A stretch of DNA of 64,000 bases from Ruminococcus sp. (GTDB lineage: Bacteria > Bacillota > Clostridia > Oscillospirales > Acutalibacteraceae). The stretch's first letter is position 1. Each line of letters begins with the position of its first letter. The notes below the pieces were generated by a model that saw only the letters and a program-made list of their open reading frames with translations, was not told the DNA's origin and made no database searches. Below, one piece after another: positions 52,571 through 60,906 of the stretch. The DNA lies in contig JAZRMA010000016.1 of NCBI GenBank assembly GCA_045647135.1, forward strand, positions 2,889-66,888. The letters are read 5' to 3'. A program made the translations under genes and the position numbers.

Positions 52571-52600
52571 AAAAGGCTTCCGAGTTTTCGGAAGCCTTTT
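52571..52600. terminator. Bidirectional terminator
   Basis: AAAAGGCTTCCGA-loop-TCGGAAGCCTTTT. Confidence 0.85.
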
Positions 52601-52612
52601 GTTGTTTGTGTT

Positions 52613-53881
52613 TTATCGGGTTACGCCGAAGATGTGGGAAAGATAGAAGCAGGGGAGGTCGTATTTTTCGTCCCAGATATATGTGATGCCGATGCCTGTA
52701 TCTTTAAATACATCGTATGTCATATTTTCGTAGTGAATGGGGCTCTGCTTAAAGTCGTTGAAGAATTTGGTGTAGATATATTCAATCTGTTCGTCATTAA
52801 TAACATATTCTTTTTTGCCGGTACGGGTGCCGTATACAGCGTAAACATTCTCGCCAACGATTGCATAGCGATATGATTCTTTGTCGATAGCGGTGCTGTA
52901 CTTTTCACCGTTGGGTCTTGTGTGAGAATAGCTTACGATAAGCTCTGCACTTCTTACCTGTGCGGCATCGTCAAGAACCTTGTTGTGAGTAATTGGTGCG
53001 AGGCCGAGGCTCTTTCTCTCTTCGTTTACTAACTTGAGGAAGCCTTCCTCGATTCTCCAGAGGGTCTCGGTGGAAATCATATCACCATCAATAGAGTCGA
53101 TGGGTTTGTAGTTTTCGGGAGGTGTGGGCTTTGTGGGGTTAGTGGGCTCCTCGGGCTCAGCAGTAGTTGTTACAGTAGTGGGAACAGTGGGCTCCTCGGG
53201 CTCAGCAGTAGTTGTTACAGTAGTAGGAACAGTAGGCTCCTCGGGCTCAGCGGTAGTTGTTACAGTAGTGGGAACAGTAGGCTCCTCGGGCTCAGCGGTA
53301 GTTGTTACAGTAGTGGGAACAGTAGGCTCCTCGGGCTCAGTAGTTGTTGTTACAGTAGTGGGAACAGTAGGTTCCTCGGGCTCTGCAGTTGTTGTTACAG
53401 TAGTGGGAACAGTAGGCTCCTCAGGCTCAGCGGTAGTTGTTACAGTAGTGGGAACAGTAGGCTCCTCGGGCTCTGCAGTAGTTGTTACAGTAGTAGGAAC
53501 AGTAGGCTCCTCGGATTCTGCGGTGGTTGTCTCCTCGGTTTTGTTTTCTTCCACCGGGAACAAATCAACAATAGAAGCAACCTTTTTCTGTATCCATGTT
53601 GCATCAACAATGTTAACTCGGGTGTTGCCGTCAACATCGCTGATGAGAAGCTGGTCTTCTGTAAGAGTTGTAAGGCCTGCGATGTGCTTCTGAATAATTG
53701 TAGCGTCTTTGATGGAAACGCGGCTGTCAAAGTCGGAATCACCGAATGAAACCTTGACAAGCTTAACCGAAGATGTAGAAACAGGAACTTCGGTTTTTGT
53801 GCCGTACTCCACAGCAAATGTGGGACAGATGCTGAGAATAATCAGGCAAATTGAAAGTAGAACAGATATACGTTTTTTCAT
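52613..53881 (-). CDS. Secreted dockerin + Pro/Thr/Glu repeat linker + CAP (SCP) domain protein
   Basis: Start MKKRIS after GGAGG; dockerin GDSDFDSRVSIKDATIIQK...DVDGN; CAP motifs LVNEER, SHTRPNG, GENV, SPIHYENM. Confidence 0.85.
   Translation of the reverse strand: MKKRISVLLSICLIILSICPTFAVEYGTKTEVPVSTSSVKLVKVSFGDSDFDSRVSIKDATIIQKHIAGLTTLTEDQLLISDVDGNTRVNIVDATWIQKKVASIVDLFPVEENKTEETTTAESEEPTVPTTVTTTAEPEEPTVPTTVTTTAEPEEPTVPTTVTTTAEPEEPTVPTTVTTTTEPEEPTVPTTVTTTAEPEEPTVPTTVTTTAEPEEPTVPTTVTTTAEPEEPTVPTTVTTTAEPEEPTNPTKPTPPENYKPIDSIDGDMISTETLWRIEEGFLKLVNEERKSLGLAPITHNKVLDDAAQVRSAELIVSYSHTRPNGEKYSTAIDKESYRYAIVGENVYAVYGTRTGKKEYVINDEQIEYIYTKFFNDFKQSPIHYENMTYDVFKDTGIGITYIWDEKYDLPCFYLSHIFGVTR
53141..53522. 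repeat. Coding 45-bp tandem repeat, about 8.5 copies (AEPEEPTVPTTVTTT)
   Basis: Directly visible; units differ mainly at synonymous positions. Confidence 0.97.
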
Positions 53882-54123
53882 AATATCCCTCCAATAAAAA
53901 ATACGAGAAAAATTGTAGCACTTGAGGCGGATAATGTCAAGAAAACTATGTAAATAAAAAGGGTGTGTAACCGAAGCTGTACACCGAAAAAATATACAGC
54001 TCCGATTTTTGCCGTACAAAACTTTATACCTAATTGAGCAACTCTAAAAAATCAAAAAACTTGAAATAGAGAGAAGCAGATGATATAATTACACAATACA
54101 TTATATTTATAGGGGATGACTTT

Positions 54124-55866
54124 ATGAGCGATGTTATGTTTGTGGTTCCTGCGTTTGAGGCTGATATTTTAAACGAGTGTAACGGAACACTTCTTCTTGC
54201 GACGATTCTCAAAGAAAACGGAATAGATGTAGATATATACAGATATTATCAATCGGGAGATAAGAAGAGTTTTGCTGATTTTGTAGATGTTTCCGTAAAA
54301 AACATACTCGCAAAGGAACCAAAGATAGTATCCTTTTATTGTCGCGGCGATTGCTACCTTGCAAATATAAGGGTGGCAGAAAAAATCAAAGAAATTAATC
54401 CTTGTGTTTTTATTGTTTTTGGCGGTCCTCAGGCAGATATTTCAGCAAGAGAGACCATCGAGCGTATTCCTTTTGTTGACTATTGCTGTAGCGGTGAAGG
54501 AGAAACTACGATTTATCCTTTGTTTAGTGGCTTATTGAATGGCACGGATGTTCTCCATATCAGAGGCCTTACATACAGAAATGACCGTGGTGAAGTTGTG
54601 TCGAATCCTCGTCCGGAGTTGCTTTTGGATTTGGACGAGCTTCCTATAGAGGACTATGGTTTTATCCCCGAAGAGATTCGATCTCAACCAAAAGAAAAAA
54701 ACAAAGCGGTGACTATCGGTGTGGGCAGAGGTTGCCCCTATAACTGTGCCTATTGCTCTACAAGTATGTTCTGGCAAAGAAAGTTCAGAATTAAAAGTCC
54801 CAAAAGAATTCTTCTGGAGATGAAAAATATCGAGAAGGTATTCGGAGTTAACAGATGTGTATTTGATCACGATCTTTTTACTGCCAACAAGAGCAAGGTT
54901 TATGAGTTTTGCAAGTTGCTCAAAGAGAGCGGAGAAAATAGGCGTTGGTCTTGTTCCTCCAGAGCAGATACCATTGACAAAGAGCTTGTGGATGAGATGG
55001 TATCTTCGGGTATGACTGCCATTTATTTAGGAATTGAAACAGGTTCTCCCAGAATGCAGAAGCTCATCCACAAGAATCTGAATCTGGACAAAACCTATGA
55101 GATAATAAAGCATCTTCTTCAGAAAGGTGTTTATGTTTGTGCATCTTTTATCTACGGGTTTCCTGAGGAAACAGAGGACGATTTAGAAGAGACACTGCAG
55201 TTTATGTATCGGCTGATGAAACTGGGAATTTCGGGGGTTCAGATGCATTTGTGTGCAATTTTTCCCGGAACAGAGTATTACAATACATATAAGGATCAGC
55301 TTGTGCTTTCGGAAACATTTTCTGATCAGGTCGGAAGCTTTGGCGTTGCTGAGAATATGTCTTTCATTAAAGCAAACAAGGATTTGTTCCCCTTTTATTA
55401 TGAATATCGCAGTGAGCTAAGAGACAGATTCAGCGGTCTTTCAAAGCAGGCATTCATGATAATAGAAATGTACAAGAAGCTCATAGCGCTTGACAGTGAG
55501 AAGTTTGCAGGAATGCGTTTGGTGGATTTGTTTCTTGCTGTTAATGAAGCCAATAAAGCAAGCGCTGAGTTAACAGAGAAGTCCGGACACACAGAACCAA
55601 AGGTAGAGCGTATTTGTAACTATCTGGCAACGGTTTGTGATAAAGAAGATATGGAAATATACAGAGAGGTGTTTACCTTCCATTACGATTTGCAAGCGGC
55701 TAATAATATGGAAGGCAACCACGCTGATGTGAAAATTTACGGAATTGATATAGATGCAGTGGTAAAAGGAAAATCTTTGAGCGAAATTGAAAGAAAACCT
55801 GTTATGGTATACATTAACAAGGTGGGAAAAACAGTTTCCTATGTAATAAAACCTTTTGGAATATAA
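54124..55866 (+). CDS. B12-binding-domain radical SAM enzyme
   Basis: FGGPQA, SGEGE, GRGCPYNCAYC, GIETGS, GFPEET; promoter TTGAAA-17-TATAAT at 54061-54089. Confidence 0.9.
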   Translation: MSDVMFVVPAFEADILNECNGTLLLATILKENGIDVDIYRYYQSGDKKSFADFVDVSVKNILAKEPKIVSFYCRGDCYLANIRVAEKIKEINPCVFIVFGGPQADISARETIERIPFVDYCCSGEGETTIYPLFSGLLNGTDVLHIRGLTYRNDRGEVVSNPRPELLLDLDELPIEDYGFIPEEIRSQPKEKNKAVTIGVGRGCPYNCAYCSTSMFWQRKFRIKSPKRILLEMKNIEKVFGVNRCVFDHDLFTANKSKVYEFCKLLKESGENRRWSCSSRADTIDKELVDEMVSSGMTAIYLGIETGSPRMQKLIHKNLNLDKTYEIIKHLLQKGVYVCASFIYGFPEETEDDLEETLQFMYRLMKLGISGVQMHLCAIFPGTEYYNTYKDQLVLSETFSDQVGSFGVAENMSFIKANKDLFPFYYEYRSELRDRFSGLSKQAFMIIEMYKKLIALDSEKFAGMRLVDLFLAVNEANKASAELTEKSGHTEPKVERICNYLATVCDKEDMEIYREVFTFHYDLQAANNMEGNHADVKIYGIDIDAVVKGKSLSEIERKPVMVYINKVGKTVSYVIKPFGI

Positions 55867-55881
55867 AAACGAAAAATGCCT

Positions 55882-55913
55882 AAAGGGAGCAGATTGAAAA
55901 AATCTGCTCCCTT
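55882..55913. terminator. Bidirectional terminator
   Basis: AAAGGGAGCAGATT-loop-AATCTGCTCCCTTT. Confidence 0.8.
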
Positions 55914-55937
55914 TAATAATATTATTGAATAAAAATT

Positions 55938-56459
55938 TTAGTCACCGTAGGTGTTGTCACCTTCGATAATAATTCTGTCGCTTTCTGTGTCAATCTCAAT
56001 TGTGATTATCCAGTTGTTGTACTGAACCTGCTTTTTGTCGCAAACGGTTGTGATAAGGTCGTCGATGTATTCTTCTGTTGAGAAATTGTTTGTGTTGTAC
56101 TCAAAGAGCTTCTGCAGGCAGATAATGCCGTTGTAGGCACTGCAAACCTGAGCTTGTTCTTCGTTGGTATCAGAGGGAGTCTGCAGGTAAACAGTAAGCG
56201 CAGCTTTGGCAAAGTTTTTGTCCAGCACTTTTTCGGCATTGATATCCTTAATGGTTTTTCTGAAACGAGCCATTCCATAATCGTCGTCGGTGTCCCAATC
56301 CAGTTGACCCTCGCAGCCTTCAAAGCCTGCTTCCAGTTCTTCTTTGCTCACCAGAATTGTTTTTGTAGGTTTGTTTCCTGAGTTGTCGGCCTTTTTGCCA
56401 CAAGCGCAGACGGAGAAGCATAAAATAATAACTACAAGAAGAGAAAATAATCTTTTCAT
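55938..56459 (-). CDS. Hypothetical lipoprotein
   Basis: MKRLFS...VCA-C lipobox; GAGGTG RBS. Confidence 0.8.
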   Translation of the reverse strand: MKRLFSLLVVIILCFSVCACGKKADNSGNKPTKTILVSKEELEAGFEGCEGQLDWDTDDDYGMARFRKTIKDINAEKVLDKNFAKAALTVYLQTPSDTNEEQAQVCSAYNGIICLQKLFEYNTNNFSTEEYIDDLITTVCDKKQVQYNNWIITIEIDTESDRIIIEGDNTYGD

Positions 56460-56486
56460 TTTGCACCTCAACAACGGGTGTTAATA

Positions 56487-56909
56487 TTAATCAAGGGTTG
56501 ACTTTATATTGGAAAATTCGCCTTTTCTGTCTTGATATCCGACGAGCACATCAACGTCGGAATCTGCAAAGATTTCTTTTGTTTCTTCGAACAAAGTGTC
56601 AATTAAAGTGTTTATGGTTTCCTCGTAGCTGTTTTCTGCCATAGTTAACATTGCGCCGCCTTCCAGAGAATCGGGAGAGTATGTCTTGCACCAATAATCT
56701 ATATCCAGGGAAATAACAACAGCGTAAGCGCCATAATTTTCATCAAATTTTCCGCTGATGTCAAGCCCTTCGTAAGCTCCGTTTTGTTTTGCTATATGTC
56801 GGTTTGCCTCAACAATTAAGTCCTCTTTGGAGGGTGGTGTATCTTTGCCGCAAGCACAAAGTGATATGCCTAAAATAACGACCATAAGTAACATTATAAA
56901 TCTTTTCAT
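56487..56909 (-). CDS. Hypothetical lipoprotein
   Basis: MKRFIM...LCA-C lipobox; AAGGAG RBS. Confidence 0.8.
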   Translation of the reverse strand: MKRFIMLLMVVILGISLCACGKDTPPSKEDLIVEANRHIAKQNGAYEGLDISGKFDENYGAYAVVISLDIDYWCKTYSPDSLEGGAMLTMAENSYEETINTLIDTLFEETKEIFADSDVDVLVGYQDRKGEFSNIKSTLD

Positions 56910-56923
56910 TTTAAAAACTCCTT

Positions 56924-57145
56924 TTAATTGTAATTTTCTAATTCATCGAGAAGATTGTTATAATCATCAACATCTTGTCTGAATCGGTCTGCGTTTTGTT
57001 TTGCATTATCATATTCATTTTCAAGTTGTCCTATGTGTTCTCTCAATCGGTTTTCCTCATCGTATTCGTTGTTTGTGCTTTCTTTGCAAGCACAAAGAAA
57101 CATTCCTAAAATAACTGCCAAAATTAATACTAAAAGCTTCCTTAT
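56924..57145 (-). CDS. Small coiled-coil lipoprotein with apparent ATA start (or start-loss pseudogene)
   Basis: ATA-RKLLVLILAVILGMFLCA-C completes the signal peptide; RBS upstream; in-frame stop further upstream. Confidence 0.65.
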   Translation of the reverse strand: MRKLLVLILAVILGMFLCACKESTNNEYDEENRLREHIGQLENEYDNAKQNADRFRQDVDDYNNLLDELENYN

Positions 57146-57201
57146 AAAATCACCTACTCCTCAAAACCGAATGATATAGAATAAAACTCCTTGTTAATTT
57201 G

Positions 57202-57230
57202 ATTATATATCTTATAAATCTATATGTCAA
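57202..57230 (-). promoter_or_regulatory. Consensus SigA promoter of the lipoprotein operon
   Basis: TTGACA-17 bp-TATAAT. Confidence 0.8.
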
Positions 57231-57311
57231 CAAAAATATATCTTGTAGTTCTACATAATCTGCAAAGAGTGGATTTATACTATATACAGAAGTCTGGTGG
57301 AGGTGCAAGGT

Positions 57312-57626
57312 ATGGATTATATAGAGTGGTTTTATAAGCGTGTGTATGAGCTCAGAACTCAGAAGGGTGTTTCTGCAAGAGAGATGAGCCTTTCTTTAGG
57401 ACAAAGCGAGAGCTATATAAATAAGATTGAAAACAAGCGGACCTTGCCCTCGTTTACGGGCTTTATTTACATCTGTGAGTATTTAGGAATTACGCCCGAG
57501 GAGTTTTTTGACACTCAGTCCGCTTCTCCAAAGAAGACAAAGGAGCTTACTGCAGAACTTGAAAAATTAACACCCGAGCAAGCAGAACATATTCTGCAGA
57601 TTGTCAGAGATATAACAGGAAAATAA
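57312..57626 (+). CDS. XRE-family HTH regulator
   Basis: LRTQKGVSAREMSLSLGQSESYINKIEN...ICEYLGITPEEFF; GGAGG RBS. Confidence 0.9.
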   Translation: MDYIEWFYKRVYELRTQKGVSAREMSLSLGQSESYINKIENKRTLPSFTGFIYICEYLGITPEEFFDTQSASPKKTKELTAELEKLTPEQAEHILQIVRDITGK

Positions 57627-57683
57627 AAACACACCCCGAAGATAATTGCTTCGGGGTGTTGTTGTGTGAAAAGTTATTTGTTT

Positions 57684-58448
57684 TTAGAAATCAAAGGTTT
57701 CTGCGGATTCGTTGTCGGAATCTGTGCTGCTTATGTCAGCTGGGATGATATCATCCTCAATGGTGGTTTCGGCAAGTTCTTCCTCAACATCAGCAAGGAT
57801 TGAATCCAGATTGTCGAGGATTGCTTTGACCTCGGTGTCGGGGGTGAGGATAATATCCTCTTCGAAATCGATGCTTGTGTCTTCGTCGTTAAGGTCTGCA
57901 AGAAGGTCGAGGTAGCTTAAGTCTGCAGATTCATCAGAATAGGGATATTCCTTTGTTTTTTTTGCAGGAGCAGAGGATTTGCTCTTGAGTGTGCCTGCAA
58001 CGGATACAGCCTTGCCCTTTATACGCTGTGCAACCTCAGGAGCTTTGGTTCCCAGTATAACCTGAGCCTTTTTCTTTGCTTTGTAAGCTTTGATTGCGGT
58101 ATTGTCCTGAGCCTGCTTGATTTTAGCAGAAAGCTCTGCGCGGAAAGCCTCTTTGCACTCGTCAACGGAATGGGCTTCTTTAAGCTGTTCGTAGCGTTCC
58201 TCGGCTCTTTCAAGGCGAAGCTTCAAGTGATTGATTTCTTTTACTGCAAAGTTTGCTTTGCTCTTGTTTTTTGCAAGAGTGCCTTCAATATATAATTTAC
58301 CGATTTCAGCATAAACGGCGATAAGTCGGCTGCGGTCGGTTTCCATAATGCGCTCAAGACGCATCATCTGTGCTTTAATTCTGCTTTTTTCGATAACTTC
58401 TCTTGTTGCGTCAAGAAAAAGATCACTGAGTCTTGGAGTTTTGCTCAT
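57684..58448 (-). CDS. Hypothetical protein: coiled-coil N-half, highly acidic C-terminus
   Basis: 254-aa ORF with GAGG RBS and hairpin terminator at about 57632-57659. Confidence 0.7.
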   Translation of the reverse strand: MSKTPRLSDLFLDATREVIEKSRIKAQMMRLERIMETDRSRLIAVYAEIGKLYIEGTLAKNKSKANFAVKEINHLKLRLERAEERYEQLKEAHSVDECKEAFRAELSAKIKQAQDNTAIKAYKAKKKAQVILGTKAPEVAQRIKGKAVSVAGTLKSKSSAPAKKTKEYPYSDESADLSYLDLLADLNDEDTSIDFEEDIILTPDTEVKAILDNLDSILADVEEELAETTIEDDIIPADISSTDSDNESAETFDF

Positions 58449-58625
58449 ATATTAAACCTCATTTCTCTTAACCCCTGAGGGATACTTTTATACCTATACT
58501 ATATTATGGCACTATTCTCGGATAAAATCAACAAAAATTTGCAAAAGTGCTTTAAACTTGATTCTTCCCGTGCTATAATACATAAAGAATAATATGCTTA
58601 TAGCTTTATATATAAGGAGGATATA

Positions 58626-59318
58626 ATGGCAAACGTAGTTGTTAAGAATATCGCTTGTCCAAAATGCAGCGAGTCTACAGAGGCAAAGCTGTACATGAGT
58701 ATAAATGCTACTAACGAGCCTACCCTGAGAGCCGATGTGCTCGACGAAAGACTTTTTAAATTCAGATGTTCTGCCTGCGGACACGAGGCAAGACTTACAT
58801 ATCCTGTTCTTTATAACGATATGAGGAATCGTTTTATGGTTTATATGATTCCCGAGATCGACCGTTTTCAGCTTGAGGATGTAGAACTTGAGCAGAAATA
58901 TGAAAGACTAAGAGGCATCAGAAAACGAATTGCATCAGATTTCAACAGCTTTAAAGAAAAAGTGTTTATATTTGAATCAGGTCTTGACGATATGGCGGTG
59001 GAGATTACCAAACTTGTAATTTCCGAAATGGTGGCAAAAAAATATGACATTCCCCATGTGGAAGAGGGCTACCTCTCCATGTATGACCGAGAGAAGAACA
59101 CAATGGGTTTTACCTTCTTTGTGGGGAAAGACCACGAACCTTATGTTCAGTCTGCAAGACTTGAAATTTACGGCAAGGCTGTTACAATTGTAAGCGAGCT
59201 GGCAATCAAAGACAGAAAACTTTCGGGTTTTATTAAGGTTGACAGAGAGTGGGCACAGAATGTGCTTTACAGATACAAGCGTATGAAACAGCTGGACCGC
59301 ACTGCAGAGGAAGCTTAA
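58626..59318 (+). CDS. CpXC-domain protein
   Basis: CPKC...SINAT...CSACG...PVLYND...EKVFIFESGLDD. Confidence 0.82.
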   Translation: MANVVVKNIACPKCSESTEAKLYMSINATNEPTLRADVLDERLFKFRCSACGHEARLTYPVLYNDMRNRFMVYMIPEIDRFQLEDVELEQKYERLRGIRKRIASDFNSFKEKVFIFESGLDDMAVEITKLVISEMVAKKYDIPHVEEGYLSMYDREKNTMGFTFFVGKDHEPYVQSARLEIYGKAVTIVSELAIKDRKLSGFIKVDREWAQNVLYRYKRMKQLDRTAEEA

Positions 59319-59924
59319 ATGACACAGTTTGAAAGAATGATGGCGGAGCTTCCTTATCATAGCGACGATGAAACCCGCAGAATTATGATGAACACAAGAA
59401 AGCTTTTGTTTGAATTTAATTCTACGCCTCCCGAGAATACAGAGAGGAAAACCGAAATTCTCAAAGAACTTTTGGGAAAAACAGGAGAAAGTTTTTATAT
59501 TGAAGCGCCTTTTCGTTGCGATTATGGCTGTAATATAGAACTGGGTGAGAATTTTTACTCAAACTATAACCTGACCGTACTCGATTGCAATAAGGTTGTG
59601 TTTGGCGATAATGTGCTTGTGGCACCCAATGTTACTATTACCGCAGCAGGACATCCCGTTCATCCTGATTCGCGAAAAAAGTACGAGTACGGGATTCCTG
59701 TTAAAATCGGCAACAATGTGTGGCTTGGTGCCAATGTGGTTATTTGTCCCGGGGTTACCATTGGTGACGGTTCGGTTATCGGAGCAGGTAGTGTGGTTAC
59801 AAAGGATATCCCCGAAAATGTAGTGGCTTTCGGAAATCCTTGCAAGGTTTATCGCGATATAACCGACGAGGACAGACCTCTTTACTATAAAGACAGACCT
59901 TTTGATGTAGACGATTACTTATAA
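59319..59924 (+). CDS. Maltose/galactoside O-acetyltransferase family
   Basis: PFRCDYGCNI, hexapeptide repeats, IGAGSVVTKDIP, GNPC. Confidence 0.92.
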   Translation: MTQFERMMAELPYHSDDETRRIMMNTRKLLFEFNSTPPENTERKTEILKELLGKTGESFYIEAPFRCDYGCNIELGENFYSNYNLTVLDCNKVVFGDNVLVAPNVTITAAGHPVHPDSRKKYEYGIPVKIGNNVWLGANVVICPGVTIGDGSVIGAGSVVTKDIPENVVAFGNPCKVYRDITDEDRPLYYKDRPFDVDDYL

Positions 59925-59966
59925 AAATCAAGACCTCCCGTAGATTCGGGAGGTCTTTTTGTGTCT

Positions 59967-60860
59967 TTAACTTAAAATAAGTTTTGCTTTTTCTATATCT
60001 TTTGAAATTTGTTCTTTAAGTGCAGTGAGGTCTGTAAATTTCCTTTCTTCTCTTATAAAATCCACTAGCTCAACAGTACATTTCTCGCCGTAAAAATCTC
60101 CGCTGAAATCAAGAAGATAGGTTTCTACTGTCGGAGCATCAGCGCCCACGGTGGGTTTTGTTCCAATGTTGGTAACAGAATCAAAAACCCTGCCGTTTAT
60201 ATGTGCTTTAGTAGCATATACGCCGAAAAAGGGAAGGAGTTTAGTGTTATCAACATCTATGTTAAGAGTAGGGGTGCTTATGGTACGGCCGATGGCGTTT
60301 CCGTGAATAATTTTTCCCGAAAGGGAGTAAGGTCTGTTAAGAAGCTTGTTTACAAGGGGAATGTTACCCTCGGAAAGAAGTTTGCGGATTGCGGTGGAGG
60401 AAACAGGGTTTCCTGCTAGGGTTAATTCCTCTGAACATATGAGGGTCAGGTTATATTTTTCACACAAAGTGCGGAGGGTGTTTACATCAGCCGAAGCACC
60501 TTTTGCAAAACGATAATTATAACCGCAAGAGATAACCTTTGCGTTAAGATGTGTGCAAAGTACATCGCGTACAAACTCTTCGGCGGTCATATCTCGTACG
60601 CTCAGGAAGGTGGCGTTTACAAGAATCTGAGCACCGCATTTTTCGATAAGAGTTTGTTTTTCTTTTTCGGTTGTCAGGAGCTTCGAGTTTGCCTTGCCGG
60701 GATTATCGCAGAAGGTGAAAACTACACTTACAAGGCCTTCTTGCCGGCTGTTTTCGATAACCTTCTGATGAGCTGAGTGTACTCCGTCAAATCTGCCGAG
60801 AGCCACGGCGGTAGGTTCTTTGAGTGAACAGGGGTAACTTAAAATCTCCATAGTTTTCAT
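59967..60860 (-). CDS. ribF: Bifunctional riboflavin kinase/FAD synthetase
   Basis: GRFDGVHSAH, SSTAIR, GRTISTPTLN, GVY, NIGTKPT, IREERKF. Confidence 0.92.
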   Translation of the reverse strand: MKTMEILSYPCSLKEPTAVALGRFDGVHSAHQKVIENSRQEGLVSVVFTFCDNPGKANSKLLTTEKEKQTLIEKCGAQILVNATFLSVRDMTAEEFVRDVLCTHLNAKVISCGYNYRFAKGASADVNTLRTLCEKYNLTLICSEELTLAGNPVSSTAIRKLLSEGNIPLVNKLLNRPYSLSGKIIHGNAIGRTISTPTLNIDVDNTKLLPFFGVYATKAHINGRVFDSVTNIGTKPTVGADAPTVETYLLDFSGDFYGEKCTVELVDFIREERKFTDLTALKEQISKDIEKAKLILS

Positions 60861-60906
60861 CCTCCTTTCTAAAGATTAAGGGCGGAGTGCTCCGCCCTTA
60901 TGTAGT

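Noticed and set aside
53124-53693. 189-aa plus-strand ORF of GTVGSSGSAVVVTVV repeats
   Set aside because: Antisense shadow of the coding VNTR; no RBS or independent evidence
53882-54123. RiPP precursor for the radical SAM enzyme
   Set aside because: Only tiny ORFs without an RBS; the spacer is accounted for by divergent promoters
44122-58448. Integrated element or prophage at tRNA-Thr
   Set aside because: No integrase, phage or conjugation genes, and I saw no duplicated tRNA 3' end; it reads as a variable region only
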